Shown here: positions 7,802-16,995 of the stretch, piece after piece
How the letters are laid out: every line of letters starts with the position of its first letter
Position numbering within the stretch: the first letter of the stretch is position 1
IMG/VR virus record: IMGVR_UViG_3300042894_004034
Location: 64,001-98,590 of that record
Length of the DNA stretch: 34,590 nt
Source: a virus
Lineage: Duplodnaviria > Heunggongvirae > Uroviricota > Caudoviricetes
Direction: 5' to 3' (one strand)
Position numbers and translations under genes: made by a program
Notes under the pieces: model-generated
Told to the model about the DNA's origin: nothing
Databases searched by the model: none
What the model saw: the letters and a program-made list of their open reading frames with translations, nothing else

Positions 7802-8118
7802 ACCTGGAACAAACGCTATTAAAAAAAGCAGCTCAAGCCATGAGCGATGATATCGATAAACAAGTTTTGAAGAGTATGGGCATGATATTTGATTTTTATC
7901 TAGAGCACAGCACAGGTCGAGTGTATGGACAAGAGTATCTAACAGTGACTCCTGGGAACGCAGAAGGCAAGTGGTATGACATGGTGGTCTGGATGAACAA
8001 CACCTTTGGCCCTTCGCCTGACCTAAGGGAGGCCAATGCCCGTTGGTATGCGGACAGTGGCAAGTTCTGGTTTCGTGACGCTCGGGACCGGGACTGGTTT
8101 GTGTTGAAGTGGTCATGA
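7798..8118 (+). CDS. FxL[KR]W-terminal paralogue 5 (106 aa)
   Basis: ATGA overlap; WMNNTFGP...RW...FWFRDARDRDWFVLKWS. Confidence 0.75.
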   Translation: MNLEQTLLKKAAQAMSDDIDKQVLKSMGMIFDFYLEHSTGRVYGQEYLTVTPGNAEGKWYDMVVWMNNTFGPSPDLREANARWYADSGKFWFRDARDRDWFVLKWS

Positions 8119-8288
8119 CATGGTCCTTGCCCGCAAACTCTGTAGACATAAAACAGCTGATATGGATCATAGACACGTTTGGACCCGGTGGCGATCGTGA
8201 TCAAACTCGTTGGTATCACCGGGATGATGTTATCTACTTTCGCAAGGGCACTGACTATGCATGGTATCGATTGAGATGGGGATTATGA
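8115..8288 (+). CDS. FxL[KR]W-terminal paralogue 6 (57 aa)
   Basis: Not in ORF track; WIIDTFGP...RWY...IYFRKGTDYAWYRLRWGL. Confidence 0.7.
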   Translation: MTWSLPANSVDIKQLIWIIDTFGPGGDRDQTRWYHRDDVIYFRKGTDYAWYRLRWGL

Positions 8289-8301
8289 CAACACCGATTA
8301 A

Positions 8302-8307
8302 TAAATA
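8302..8307 (+). promoter_or_regulatory. Putative late promoter (TAAATA)
   Basis: TAAATA followed by AGGAG SD and ATG 8321. Confidence 0.5.
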
Positions 8308-8320
8308 TTTAGGAGAACAT

Positions 8321-8725
8321 ATGACAACACTAGATTGGGAAAAAGCAGAAGTGTTTCGCTTGCTGAAAAACGCACCCGGAACACAGTATCAAGAAGCAGA
8401 CGAAGCAGGACAAGCTGAAATACGAGCCTGGGTCCGGGGCCTGTTGATCACCAGCGAAATCACAGTGGATTTTGTCAAAGCTGACGGCACAGAACGCAGC
8501 ATGCGATGCACTCTGGACAGCAGCAGAATTCCACCGGCACCTGTGGGCGCAATCTTCAAATCCTCTGTCACCAACCCAGATGGCTTGACCGAAAGTCGAA
8601 AGCCGCGCAAACAACCTGACCCGCACAGTGTTCGAGTATTTGACACAGAAAAGAACGAATGGCGCAGTTTCCGTTTTGATCGCCTGCAAAAAATCACAGC
8701 TGAGTTGGATTTTGCTGCTAAGTAA
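8321..8725 (+). CDS. WYL_2/SH3-barrel-like protein
   Basis: [19 protein letters not shown]...[19 protein letters not shown]; start at 8321 after AGGAG. Confidence 0.75.
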   Translation: MTTLDWEKAEVFRLLKNAPGTQYQEADEAGQAEIRAWVRGLLITSEITVDFVKADGTERSMRCTLDSSRIPPAPVGAIFKSSVTNPDGLTESRKPRKQPDPHSVRVFDTEKNEWRSFRFDRLQKITAELDFAAK

Positions 8726-8751
8726 TTGTCTATGAAAAACGAAAGATACTG

Positions 8752-8967
8752 TTGAAAGAAGACACCATAAACATGGAAGGGTATGTGGAGGAAGTGTTGC
8801 CCTCTGCCATGTTCCGTGTAAAAATAGACAACCTAAACACTGTGGTGCTGGCACACTTGTCGGGCCGCATGAGAAAAAACAACATCAAGGTCTTGCTGGG
8901 AGATCGGGTAGAAATGGAATTCACCCCTTATGATCTTGCCCGTGGCCGAATCACCAGAAGGAAATAA
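8752..8967 (+). CDS. infA: Translation initiation factor IF-1
   Basis: [26 protein letters not shown]...[36 protein letters not shown]; TTG start. Confidence 0.92.
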   Translation: MKEDTINMEGYVEEVLPSAMFRVKIDNLNTVVLAHLSGRMRKNNIKVLLGDRVEMEFTPYDLARGRITRRK

Positions 8968-8970
8968 ATA
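8965..8970 (+). promoter_or_regulatory. Putative late promoter (TAAATA), 5 nt before ATG
   Basis: TAAATA-TCATT-ATG, no SD. Confidence 0.55.
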
Positions 8971-8975
8971 TCATT

Positions 8976-9524
8976 ATGGACATCAGAAATACAATTGATC
9001 TTGTTGAAGCCAGCACACGACCAGCCAAGCTGGAAACCACTCCTTTGCCCTATGGTGAAAAAGATCTGATGCCGGTACTGAGTGCAGACAGCATCAACTA
9101 TCACTACGGGCATCTAGCCAAGGGCTATGCCCGCCGCTACAATGCAGGAGAAGGCAATGCAGATTTTAATCGTGCTGGTAGTTTTCTACACAATAAGTTT
9201 TTCCCCCAACTTCGGGCTCCCAAGGGTGCCAACCGTCCACGTGGTGCAGTACTTGCCCTGATAGAAGAACACTTCAAAACCTATGAAGATTTTCGCGAAG
9301 AGTTCAAACAAACTGCCATGAAGATTCAGGGCTCGGGCTGGATTTATCTAAGTACTACAGGTGCTATCAAAACAATTGCTAATCATGCTGTGCGCACAGA
9401 CATCTGTGTGCTGGTAGACTGGTGGGAACACGTTTGGGCCACAGATTACCAGTGGGACAAAGAACGTTATCTTGACAATATCTGGAAGATCATTGACTGG
9501 GACGTTTGCAACGAAAGACTTTAA
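8976..9524 (+). CDS. sod: Fe/Mn superoxide dismutase (divergent)
   Basis: [37 protein letters not shown]; four metal ligands recognisable. Confidence 0.85.
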   Translation: MDIRNTIDLVEASTRPAKLETTPLPYGEKDLMPVLSADSINYHYGHLAKGYARRYNAGEGNADFNRAGSFLHNKFFPQLRAPKGANRPRGAVLALIEEHFKTYEDFREEFKQTAMKIQGSGWIYLSTTGAIKTIANHAVRTDICVLVDWWEHVWATDYQWDKERYLDNIWKIIDWDVCNERL

Positions 9525-9844
9525 TGAATATCAAACCTGGTGCAGTGACCAAACTGCGAGAACTATTTGCTGAAGAAAACAAGCCTGGCATCATGCTGCG
9601 AGTGTTTGTGCAGGGCGGCGGATGCTCAGGGTTCAGCTATGGCTTTACGTTTGAAGAAACACAGGCCGAAGATGATTTTGACTTTGTGTACGAAGAAGTA
9701 AAAATTGTGGTAGATGCCATGAGCATGCAGTATCTCAATGGCGCGGACATTGACTATCGCGAAGATATCATGGGTGCCAGTTTTGTGATTGCTAACCCGC
9801 AAGCTGCCAGCACCTGCGGTTGCGGATCTAGTTTCTCAGTTTAA
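9524..9844 (+). CDS. erpA: A-type Fe-S carrier, ErpA/IscA (HesB family)
   Basis: [17 protein letters not shown] ... [14 protein letters not shown], three conserved Cys. Confidence 0.9.
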   Translation: MNIKPGAVTKLRELFAEENKPGIMLRVFVQGGGCSGFSYGFTFEETQAEDDFDFVYEEVKIVVDAMSMQYLNGADIDYREDIMGASFVIANPQAASTCGCGSSFSV

Positions 9845-9916
9845 TACACTCAGTTAACTGGGGTTGATATGGGTGCAATGCCCATAGTTCATCATTTGAG
9901 CTTTCCAATTTAGGCC

Positions 9917-9922
9917 ATAAAT
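9917..9922 (+). promoter_or_regulatory. Putative late promoter (TAAATA)
   Basis: Upstream of structural gene block; GAGGA SD follows. Confidence 0.55.
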
Positions 9923-9942
9923 ACCTTAGAGGATGTGTATCT

Positions 9943-12027
9943 ATGACTCAATTAATAATAAACGTCGGTTCAAGCGCAAATGATGGTCAGGGCGACCCGA
10001 TTCGCACGGCATTTATAAAAACAAACGACAATTTTAACCAACTATTTGCCACTGGTGGTGTCTCAGGTATTGCCAACGGTTCTTCAAATGTTAATATTCC
10101 AGTAGCCAACGGCAATGTTGTAATCAGCTCGGGCAATGTGGCAAATGTGCTCAACATCACTCAAACTGGTGCCATAGTCACTGGACTGGCCACTATAACT
10201 GGTACTTTGCAGGGCGGCAACATTCGCACAGCAGGCACGATTTCGTCCACGGGTAATATAATCGGCGGCAACATAACCACCGCCGGAGCAGTGTCTGCGG
10301 TGGGCACAGTGCAAGGTGGCAACGTAACCACAACTGGGTCAGTAACTGGATCAAGCATTATAGGTGCAGTAATTTCGGCCACGGGCAATGTGGTTGCAAA
10401 CAATTTAAACGCTGTGGGCATGAGCCTGAGCGGTAATGTTTTAAGCACAATAAATTCTGTGGCTAATATCACAACCAGTGCGTATGTTGCTGCCAGTTTC
10501 TTTTCGGGCAATGGTTCGGGTCTGACTGGTATTGTTGCAACCGGCAATGTGGGCGCAGCAACACAACTGACCAATGGATCAACAGTGTTGAGCATTCCTG
10601 CAGCGGGTGGTAACATAATCGGTAATATTGGTGGGGTAACCAACCTATTTGAATTCTCGCAAGCAGGATTTGGTGCGGTAGGAAACATCACCGGTGGCAA
10701 TGTGCTCACAGGTGGCCTGATCAGTGCCACGTCAACAATTACAAGTTCGGCCAATATTACAGGTGGTAATGTATTCACCGGAGGCTTGATAAGTTCTGGT
10801 GGCAACATCACAGGTGGCAATTTAGTCACAGGTGGTTTGATCAGTTCAACTGGCACTGTAACCGGTTCAAGTTTGTTGGGATCAGTAGCATCACTAAGTG
10901 GCAACGTCATAGGTGGAAATGTTGTCACAGGTGGCCTGATAAGTGCAACTGGTACCGTAACCGGTTCAAGTCACTTGGGATTGGTTGTTAGTGCAAGCGG
11001 CAACGTTACTGGTGGAAATGTTGTCACAGGCGGCTTGATAAGTGCCACAGCGACAATTACTGGTGGCAACTTGATCACAAGCGGTACAGCAAGTATAACT
11101 GGTGACATCTTTGGTGGCAATATTTTACTCGGCGGCACAGTGTCGGCCACCGGTAATATACAGGGCAGTAATTTTATCACAAGCGGCTTGATTATTGCAA
11201 GCGGCAACATCTCAGGTGGTAATTTGCGCACAGAAGGATTGATATCAGCTACAGGCAACGTCACCGGTGGCAATGTAGTCACAGGTGGCCTGATCAGTGC
11301 TGTTGGCAATGTTACAGGTGGCTTGATAAGTGCTGTTGGCAATGTCACGGGTGGTAATGTCATAACTGGTGGCCTAGTAAATGCCACGTCAACTATCACT
11401 GGTGGCAATTTGGCTACTGGCGGTACTGCGTCAGCAACTGGCAACATCACAGGTGGTAATGTTGTCACAGGTGGCTTGATAAGTGCTGTTGGTAATGTTA
11501 CAGGTGGTAATATATTGACGCCCGGATTCCTCTATGTCAACTCAGATGGGTTTGCCACAGCTATTGTGAATGGTGCAGGCAATGCAGTGGGCAACATTGG
11601 TAATTCAACCAATTACTTTAACAGAGTGTTTGCCCAGGCAACCACAGCACTGTATGCTGACTTGGCCGAAGTCTACGAAGGTGATGCTGATTTTGCAACC
11701 GGCACCGTGGTCAGTTTTGGCGGCTCAAAAGAAGTTACTCAGAGCCAGGTTGTAAATGACGCTCGTGTGGCTGGTGTAATTTCTGACAAGCCCAGTTATC
11801 TAATGAACAATGGTCTCACCGCTGAACATCGCGCTGTGGTAGCACTAACAGGACGAGTGCCTACTCTAGTGGTTGGCACTGTGGCCAAAGGTGACATGAT
11901 GGTAAGTGCAGGTAACGGTCATGCACAGGCCTGTGCTGCACCTGCCATGGGCACTGTGATTGGCAAAGCCCTGCAAGACTTTAACGGTTCAAGTGGAATT
12001 ATAGAAATTGTTGTAGGAAGAATGTAA
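9943..12027 (+). CDS. Baseplate/tail-fibre-like protein: T4 gp9/gp10-like N-terminus, GNxTGGN repeats, C-terminal ADLAE chaperone/peptidase-like domain
   Basis: IINVGSSANDGQGDPIRTAFIKTNDNFNQL; many GN[IV]TGGN[IVL].TGGLISA repeats; YADLAEVY...GTVV...GRVP...KGD. Confidence 0.75.
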   Translation: MTQLIINVGSSANDGQGDPIRTAFIKTNDNFNQLFATGGVSGIANGSSNVNIPVANGNVVISSGNVANVLNITQTGAIVTGLATITGTLQGGNIRTAGTISSTGNIIGGNITTAGAVSAVGTVQGGNVTTTGSVTGSSIIGAVISATGNVVANNLNAVGMSLSGNVLSTINSVANITTSAYVAASFFSGNGSGLTGIVATGNVGAATQLTNGSTVLSIPAAGGNIIGNIGGVTNLFEFSQAGFGAVGNITGGNVLTGGLISATSTITSSANITGGNVFTGGLISSGGNITGGNLVTGGLISSTGTVTGSSLLGSVASLSGNVIGGNVVTGGLISATGTVTGSSHLGLVVSASGNVTGGNVVTGGLISATATITGGNLITSGTASITGDIFGGNILLGGTVSATGNIQGSNFITSGLIIASGNISGGNLRTEGLISATGNVTGGNVVTGGLISAVGNVTGGLISAVGNVTGGNVITGGLVNATSTITGGNLATGGTASATGNITGGNVVTGGLISAVGNVTGGNILTPGFLYVNSDGFATAIVNGAGNAVGNIGNSTNYFNRVFAQATTALYADLAEVYEGDADFATGTVVSFGGSKEVTQSQVVNDARVAGVISDKPSYLMNNGLTAEHRAVVALTGRVPTLVVGTVAKGDMMVSAGNGHAQACAAPAMGTVIGKALQDFNGSSGIIEIVVGRM

Positions 12028-12029
12028 AA

Positions 12030-14492
12030 ATGGCGCAACCAGTTTGGGTCACTCAGGCAGGAAACCTTGGCACAATACCTGAGGGTATATTTTACCAAAT
12101 CTCGTTACAGGCCTATGATCCTGTAGATCCCAACAATCCCGATCTGGTGTACTATGTCATGATTGCTGGGGAACTTCCTGCAGGCATCCAGTGTACCCGA
12201 ACCGGCTTGATCATAGGCATACCACAGGCCATTGCCAGTTTGCAAGGTGTGCCCACCGAAGTAGCAAGAAATGTAACCAGCAAATTTGCTGTGAGAGCAT
12301 ATACTGAACGAGTAGTCAACGGGGTAGTTTTGGTTGATCGAATAGCAGATCGCACATTTACTCTTACTGTTACTGGGCAAGACGCTCCAAAATTTGTCAC
12401 GCCAGCCGGCAACATAGGTACATTCTATGATGGTGCTCCAATTGCACCTATACAAATTCAGATCAGTAATACCGATCCTGGCGAGACCACTGTGATTTCT
12501 GTGGCCGCTGGCGAACTTCCACCGGGCCTAACAATTTCCGCTGCAGGGCTCATTTCGGGATACATTATACCATTGGTGCCAGTAACCAAGGAGGCTGGAT
12601 TCAGTAGAGACGGACAAGGATTTGATCAGTATCCATTTGACTTTGCCAGCAACAGTGTTAGCACCAACTATCAGTTTACTCTGGAAGTTACCGATGGCAA
12701 AGAAAGTGACATAAGAACCTACGAAATTTATGTGTACGGCAAGAGTTCAATGACTGCTGACACTACCTTTCTTACTACTGACAATACGTTTGTTACTGCT
12801 GACGTTAGTCCTAACCGGGTGCCATTCTTGATCAATGCAGTGCCCAGTGACCTTGGCACAGTTAGATCGGACAATTTCTGGGCTTACCAGTTTGTTGGGC
12901 AAGATTTTGATGGAGACGTAATAGAGTATGTGGATTATCGTGATGGCTCTCTGTATACTTTGCCTCCAGGAACCACACTGGATACTTTCTCAGGTTGGTT
13001 GTATGGATACCTGCCAGACATGGGCGCCACAGAACAAACCTATACTTTTGCTCTGATATTGAGAAAAACAAACAATCCTGATCTACGCAGTGATCCGTAT
13101 GTGTTTACTCTGACCGTTGTAGGACAAGTGGACACTGACGTTGTTTGGCTCACTGCTGCGGACCTGGGCACAATTGACAACGGTGCCACCAGCCTGCTAA
13201 AGGTAGAAGCTGTGAACACCGGTGGTAGAAGTCTGCAATACAAACTTAAACCCGGCAGTTATCCGTCTCCCAACATAGGGGTATTCAATCGTTTACCTCA
13301 GGGAACACAACTGCTGCCATCGGGAGACATTGCAGGGCGTGTGAGTTTCAATACATTTGCTCTGGATCTTGGAACCACCACGTTTGATAAAAATCTCAGA
13401 ACAAGATTGAGTGCGGACGAAACCACGTTTGACATGAGCTGTACATTTACTGTGAATGCTTTCAGCGTGGATGGTCTGGTATCAGTGTATAAAACTTTCA
13501 CAGTCATGGTGGTACGAGCCTACAACGAACCTTATGAAAATCTCTATATCAAGGCCATGCCACCATTTGCTGACCGAGCCTTGGTCAACCAGTTGATACA
13601 GAACACAGATATCTTTCCACCAGACTTGATATTTAGACCAGCAGATCCAAATTTTGGAATATCAACATCAGTAATTTACGATCACTGCTTTGGGTTGACC
13701 AGCAGTACCTATGAGCTGTACATGAGCAGTCTTTACAAAAATCACTACTGGAAGAATTTGGTGTTAGGCGAAATCAAAACAGCACAAGCCCTGGATGCAG
13801 CCGGCAACATAATCTACGAAGTGGTATACAGTGCAGTACAAGATAACCTTGTGAACAGTCAAGGAATCAGTGTGAGCAAACAAGTTACCTTGCCGTATCC
13901 AATCAGTCCCGGTGACTCTTCAGAAATTACCACAGTGTATCCCAACAGTTTGCCCAACATGCGAGACCAGGTGATTGATGTGGTTGGCCAAATTTCAAAC
14001 ATATTGCCATTGTGGATGTTGAGCAAACAAACCAATGGGCAAGTACTGGGGTTTACACCTGCCTGGGTAATAACCTATTGCAAGCCCGGAACTTCAGGAC
14101 AGATTGCCTACAACATACAATCAAAATACGGAACACAACTCAACCGAGTAGATTTTGAAGTTGACCGATACGAACTGGATCGACTGCTCAGTTATAGCTG
14201 GGATCCTGTTGCTGACAGTTCGACCGGTGCCTGGGTTCCTACCCCAGCCGAAACCACATTCGACGCCGATGGTAGCACAACAACCACTCCTGGATGGAAA
14301 AACAACAGTGGGCAATTGGTACAATGGATAAATGATAGTGCTGAAATAGTATCCTGGTCTAACAATTACAACGGAAAGACTACTACTTTTGATGCTACCA
14401 GTATGAGATTTGAAGCACCAGTTGACATGTATTCAGACACCGATGCATATGATAAATATCTTGTATTTCCCCGAAAGACCATTTTAGGATAA
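12030..14492 (+). CDS. Large virion structural protein with Ig-like (He_PIG-type) repeats, probably baseplate
   Basis: Repeated GELP[AP]G...G.I.G and WxT.AG.LGTI units; location in structural block. Confidence 0.65.
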   Translation: MAQPVWVTQAGNLGTIPEGIFYQISLQAYDPVDPNNPDLVYYVMIAGELPAGIQCTRTGLIIGIPQAIASLQGVPTEVARNVTSKFAVRAYTERVVNGVVLVDRIADRTFTLTVTGQDAPKFVTPAGNIGTFYDGAPIAPIQIQISNTDPGETTVISVAAGELPPGLTISAAGLISGYIIPLVPVTKEAGFSRDGQGFDQYPFDFASNSVSTNYQFTLEVTDGKESDIRTYEIYVYGKSSMTADTTFLTTDNTFVTADVSPNRVPFLINAVPSDLGTVRSDNFWAYQFVGQDFDGDVIEYVDYRDGSLYTLPPGTTLDTFSGWLYGYLPDMGATEQTYTFALILRKTNNPDLRSDPYVFTLTVVGQVDTDVVWLTAADLGTIDNGATSLLKVEAVNTGGRSLQYKLKPGSYPSPNIGVFNRLPQGTQLLPSGDIAGRVSFNTFALDLGTTTFDKNLRTRLSADETTFDMSCTFTVNAFSVDGLVSVYKTFTVMVVRAYNEPYENLYIKAMPPFADRALVNQLIQNTDIFPPDLIFRPADPNFGISTSVIYDHCFGLTSSTYELYMSSLYKNHYWKNLVLGEIKTAQALDAAGNIIYEVVYSAVQDNLVNSQGISVSKQVTLPYPISPGDSSEITTVYPNSLPNMRDQVIDVVGQISNILPLWMLSKQTNGQVLGFTPAWVITYCKPGTSGQIAYNIQSKYGTQLNRVDFEVDRYELDRLLSYSWDPVADSSTGAWVPTPAETTFDADGSTTTTPGWKNNSGQLVQWINDSAEIVSWSNNYNGKTTTFDATSMRFEAPVDMYSDTDAYDKYLVFPRKTILG
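14453..14458 (+). promoter_or_regulatory. Putative late promoter (TAAATA) inside the 3' end of the upstream gene
   Basis: GATAAATATC about 40 nt before ATG 14499. Confidence 0.35.
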
Positions 14493-14498
14493 CAATTA

Positions 14499-15716
14499 AT
14501 GTCTACAGTCCCATATATTTTTGCCGGCGACACTGGCAATATACCATTAAGTCAATTAGATGCTAACTTTGCCAACGTCAAAGCGTTTGCCAACACAGCA
14601 GGATATGTGACTGGGTCCAATCAGGCCAATATTACTTCAGTAGGAACATTGATATCAGTTAGTGCAAGTGGTAACATCACAGGCGGTAACATTGCTACCA
14701 GTGGGTCAATAAGTGCTACTGGAACAATTACCGGTGGCAATATTGTGAATAATGGCAACATTACTGCTGGCAATATCCTAACAGGTGGACTAATAAGTGC
14801 TGCTGGAACAATCACTGGTTCAAGTCATCTTGGATCAGTTGTTTCTGTAACCGGCAACATCACTGGTGGCAATATCTTAAATAATGGCCTAGTAAGTGCC
14901 ACGTCAACTATCACTGGTGGCAATATTCTAACAGGTGGGCTAATAAGTGCCACTGGAACAATCACCGGTGACACCATTGCAGTCACTGGAGCATCTACTG
15001 CTGCAAGTTATAGTGCAACTGGTAACGTAACTGGTTCAAGTCATCTTGGATCAGTTGTCTCTGTAACCGGCAACATTACTGGCAGCAATCTAGTGATCAA
15101 CAGCATCACCAGTGATGATTCTACTTTTGTCACCATTGAGGATGGCCTCAATGTTACTTCCGGTTTTATATCTGCTCCTGAAAGTATGTCATTGACAGCA
15201 GGTGTTAACACCTGGATCCTGGGCACAACTGGCAATTTAACTGCTCCTGGTGCTATTAGTGCCGTAGGCAACATCACTGCTGACAATATCCTAACAGGTG
15301 GGCTATCAAGTGTAACAGGCAACATCACTGCTGGCAATATCCTAACAGGTGGGCTATCAAGTGTAACAGGCAACATCACTGGCGGCAATATTATTACTAC
15401 CGGTGTAAGTAGCCGTTATATAGATGTCAACGTTCCGGCGTATGCAAACATCACAGCGACCAATACCTACAGTCTAAGTACAACTAACAGCATCAATATT
15501 TTAATAGCCAACAATGTTGGATACACAGCAACCTTAAATATGCCCACAGGCCCAAGAGATGGACAAATTTGTAATTTTGCCATAAGTGGAAACACAGTAA
15601 CTTTAGCAGTTGGAACTGGTACTGTATTACCAACATTTGCTGGTAGTACCGTGGTTGGCACAGGCTATAGATATGTTTACCGAGTTAGCAATACAAGTTG
15701 GTACAGAACAGGATAA
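14499..15716 (+). CDS. Gly/Asn/Thr-rich fibre-like virion protein
   Basis: IPLSQLDANF N-terminal motif, GNITGGN repeats, internal 51-bp tandem duplication. Confidence 0.7.
   Translation: MSTVPYIFAGDTGNIPLSQLDANFANVKAFANTAGYVTGSNQANITSVGTLISVSASGNITGGNIATSGSISATGTITGGNIVNNGNITAGNILTGGLISAAGTITGSSHLGSVVSVTGNITGGNILNNGLVSATSTITGGNILTGGLISATGTITGDTIAVTGASTAASYSATGNVTGSSHLGSVVSVTGNITGSNLVINSITSDDSTFVTIEDGLNVTSGFISAPESMSLTAGVNTWILGTTGNLTAPGAISAVGNITADNILTGGLSSVTGNITAGNILTGGLSSVTGNITGGNIITTGVSSRYIDVNVPAYANITATNTYSLSTTNSINILIANNVGYTATLNMPTGPRDGQICNFAISGNTVTLAVGTGTVLPTFAGSTVVGTGYRYVYRVSNTSWYRTG
15086..15154 (+). repeat. 69-bp dispersed repeat (NLVINSITSDDSTFVTIEDGLNV), copy 1 of 3
   Basis: Near-identical to 24997-25065 and 25105-25173. 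Confidence 0.85.
15267..15381 (+). repeat. 51-bp tandem repeat (about 2.25 copies)
   Basis: Units begin 15267, 15318, 15369 (GNITA[DG]NILTGGLSSVT). Confidence 0.85.
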
Positions 15717-15739
15717 TTATGGTACATTCAAAAGTACAA

Positions 15740-15745
15740 TAAATA
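15740..15745 (+). promoter_or_regulatory. Putative late promoter (TAAATA)
   Basis: Intergenic; CAGGA SD follows. Confidence 0.5.
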
Positions 15746-15768
15746 CATCTAATAACCCAGGATAGATT

Positions 15769-16698
15769 ATGACAAGTAGCATCAACCCAAACGACATCGA
15801 CGGCACCTACCCAGTTGCCGGGCAAGACAACGACAGCCAGGGCTTTCGTGACAATTTTACCAATACCAAAACCAATTTTCAGTATGCATCCGCTGAAATA
15901 ACTGATTTACAAAACAAATCGGTGCTCAAGGCTGCACTCACAGGTACCACTCTGGACAATGACATGGCTGGCAGTCCACTGACCAGTGCTGACATTGCCA
16001 ACTTCAGTGCCAACAGGGTTGCGCTAGGAACCACGTCCGGCACAGTCACAATCAACTATGCAACTGGTCACTATCAAACAGTGACCACTAGTGGTGCAAT
16101 CAGCCTGGCCTTTGCCAACTTTCCTGCTGCTGGTGCAGCCGGTCTGGTGCGTGTGCAGATCACTGTGTCTGATGTGTCTCACACTGTTACTCTTCCTGTT
16201 GCTGTCAGCGTGGGGACCACAGGTATTCAAGGTTACAGCAGCAATGTAATCACCTTCCAGGCAACTGGTACTTACGAATTTGAATTTGTCACCAACGATG
16301 GCGGCGCAAGCGTTACTATTTTTGATCTCAACAGACCATTACTGGGCAGCAATCAAGCACAAATCGGATATGCCACAGGTGCTGGCGGCGCAGTCACCCA
16401 GGCTACTGATAAATCAACTGGAGTTACTCTCAACACACTTTGCGGCCAAATCACCATGAATGCCGCTGCCTTGGCAGCTGCCGCAGAAGTTAGTTTTACA
16501 CTGACCAATAGTTTTATTACAGCTACCGATGTGTTGATTGTGAATGTGGCATCTGGCGCAACTGCGGCCACATACACTGCAACCATTGATGCTGTGGCTG
16601 CTGGATCTGCTAGAATCACCGTTGGCAACTATTCCGCAAGCAGTCAGAGTGAAGCTGTTGTGCTGAACTTTGTGGTAATCAACGCTGTAATAAGTTAA
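15769..16698 (+). CDS. Virion structural protein (309 aa)
   Basis: N-terminal YPVAGQDNDSQGFRDNFTNTK followed by beta-rich Ala/Thr/Val domains. Confidence 0.65.
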   Translation: MTSSINPNDIDGTYPVAGQDNDSQGFRDNFTNTKTNFQYASAEITDLQNKSVLKAALTGTTLDNDMAGSPLTSADIANFSANRVALGTTSGTVTINYATGHYQTVTTSGAISLAFANFPAAGAAGLVRVQITVSDVSHTVTLPVAVSVGTTGIQGYSSNVITFQATGTYEFEFVTNDGGASVTIFDLNRPLLGSNQAQIGYATGAGGAVTQATDKSTGVTLNTLCGQITMNAAALAAAAEVSFTLTNSFITATDVLIVNVASGATAATYTATIDAVAAGSARITVGNYSASSQSEAVVLNFVVINAVIS

Positions 16699-16707
16699 TC
16701 AAACTAG

Positions 16708-16736
16708 TTGACATCTATCGGCATTTGCTGTAAACT
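16708..16736 (+). promoter_or_regulatory. sigma70-type promoter flanked by two AACTAGTT palindromes
   Basis: TTGACA 16708-16713, N17, TAAACT 16731-16736. Confidence 0.65.
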
Positions 16737-16755
16737 AGTTTCAGCAAGGAGTCGA

Positions 16756-16995
16756 ATGGAACATCCCTTTATTAACAACCTAGATAGCTTGACCCCGGAA
16801 CAACTGGGGTCAAAGATATCCGAACTGCACAAAAAATTAGGCATTGCATATAGAACTGGCAATGGTTATCTGTGTGATCAATTGCGTATGGCTATCGAAA
16901 GCTACACAACCAAACACCAACAAAAAATAGCCGAACTCAACAAACCCCGAGATGGGGACGACGACGCTTTTAAATCCAAGATTGATATATCATGA
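16756..16995 (+). CDS. Hypothetical helical protein (79 aa)
   Basis: AAGGAG SD then ATG 16756. Confidence 0.75.
   Translation: MEHPFINNLDSLTPEQLGSKISELHKKLGIAYRTGNGYLCDQLRMAIESYTTKHQQKIAELNKPRDGDDDAFKSKIDIS

Noticed and set aside
10161-11468. Pro/Val/Thr-rich minus-strand ORFs (also 14621, 15041, 24886)
   Set aside because: Reverse complements of Gly/Asn/Thr repeat codons in fibre genes
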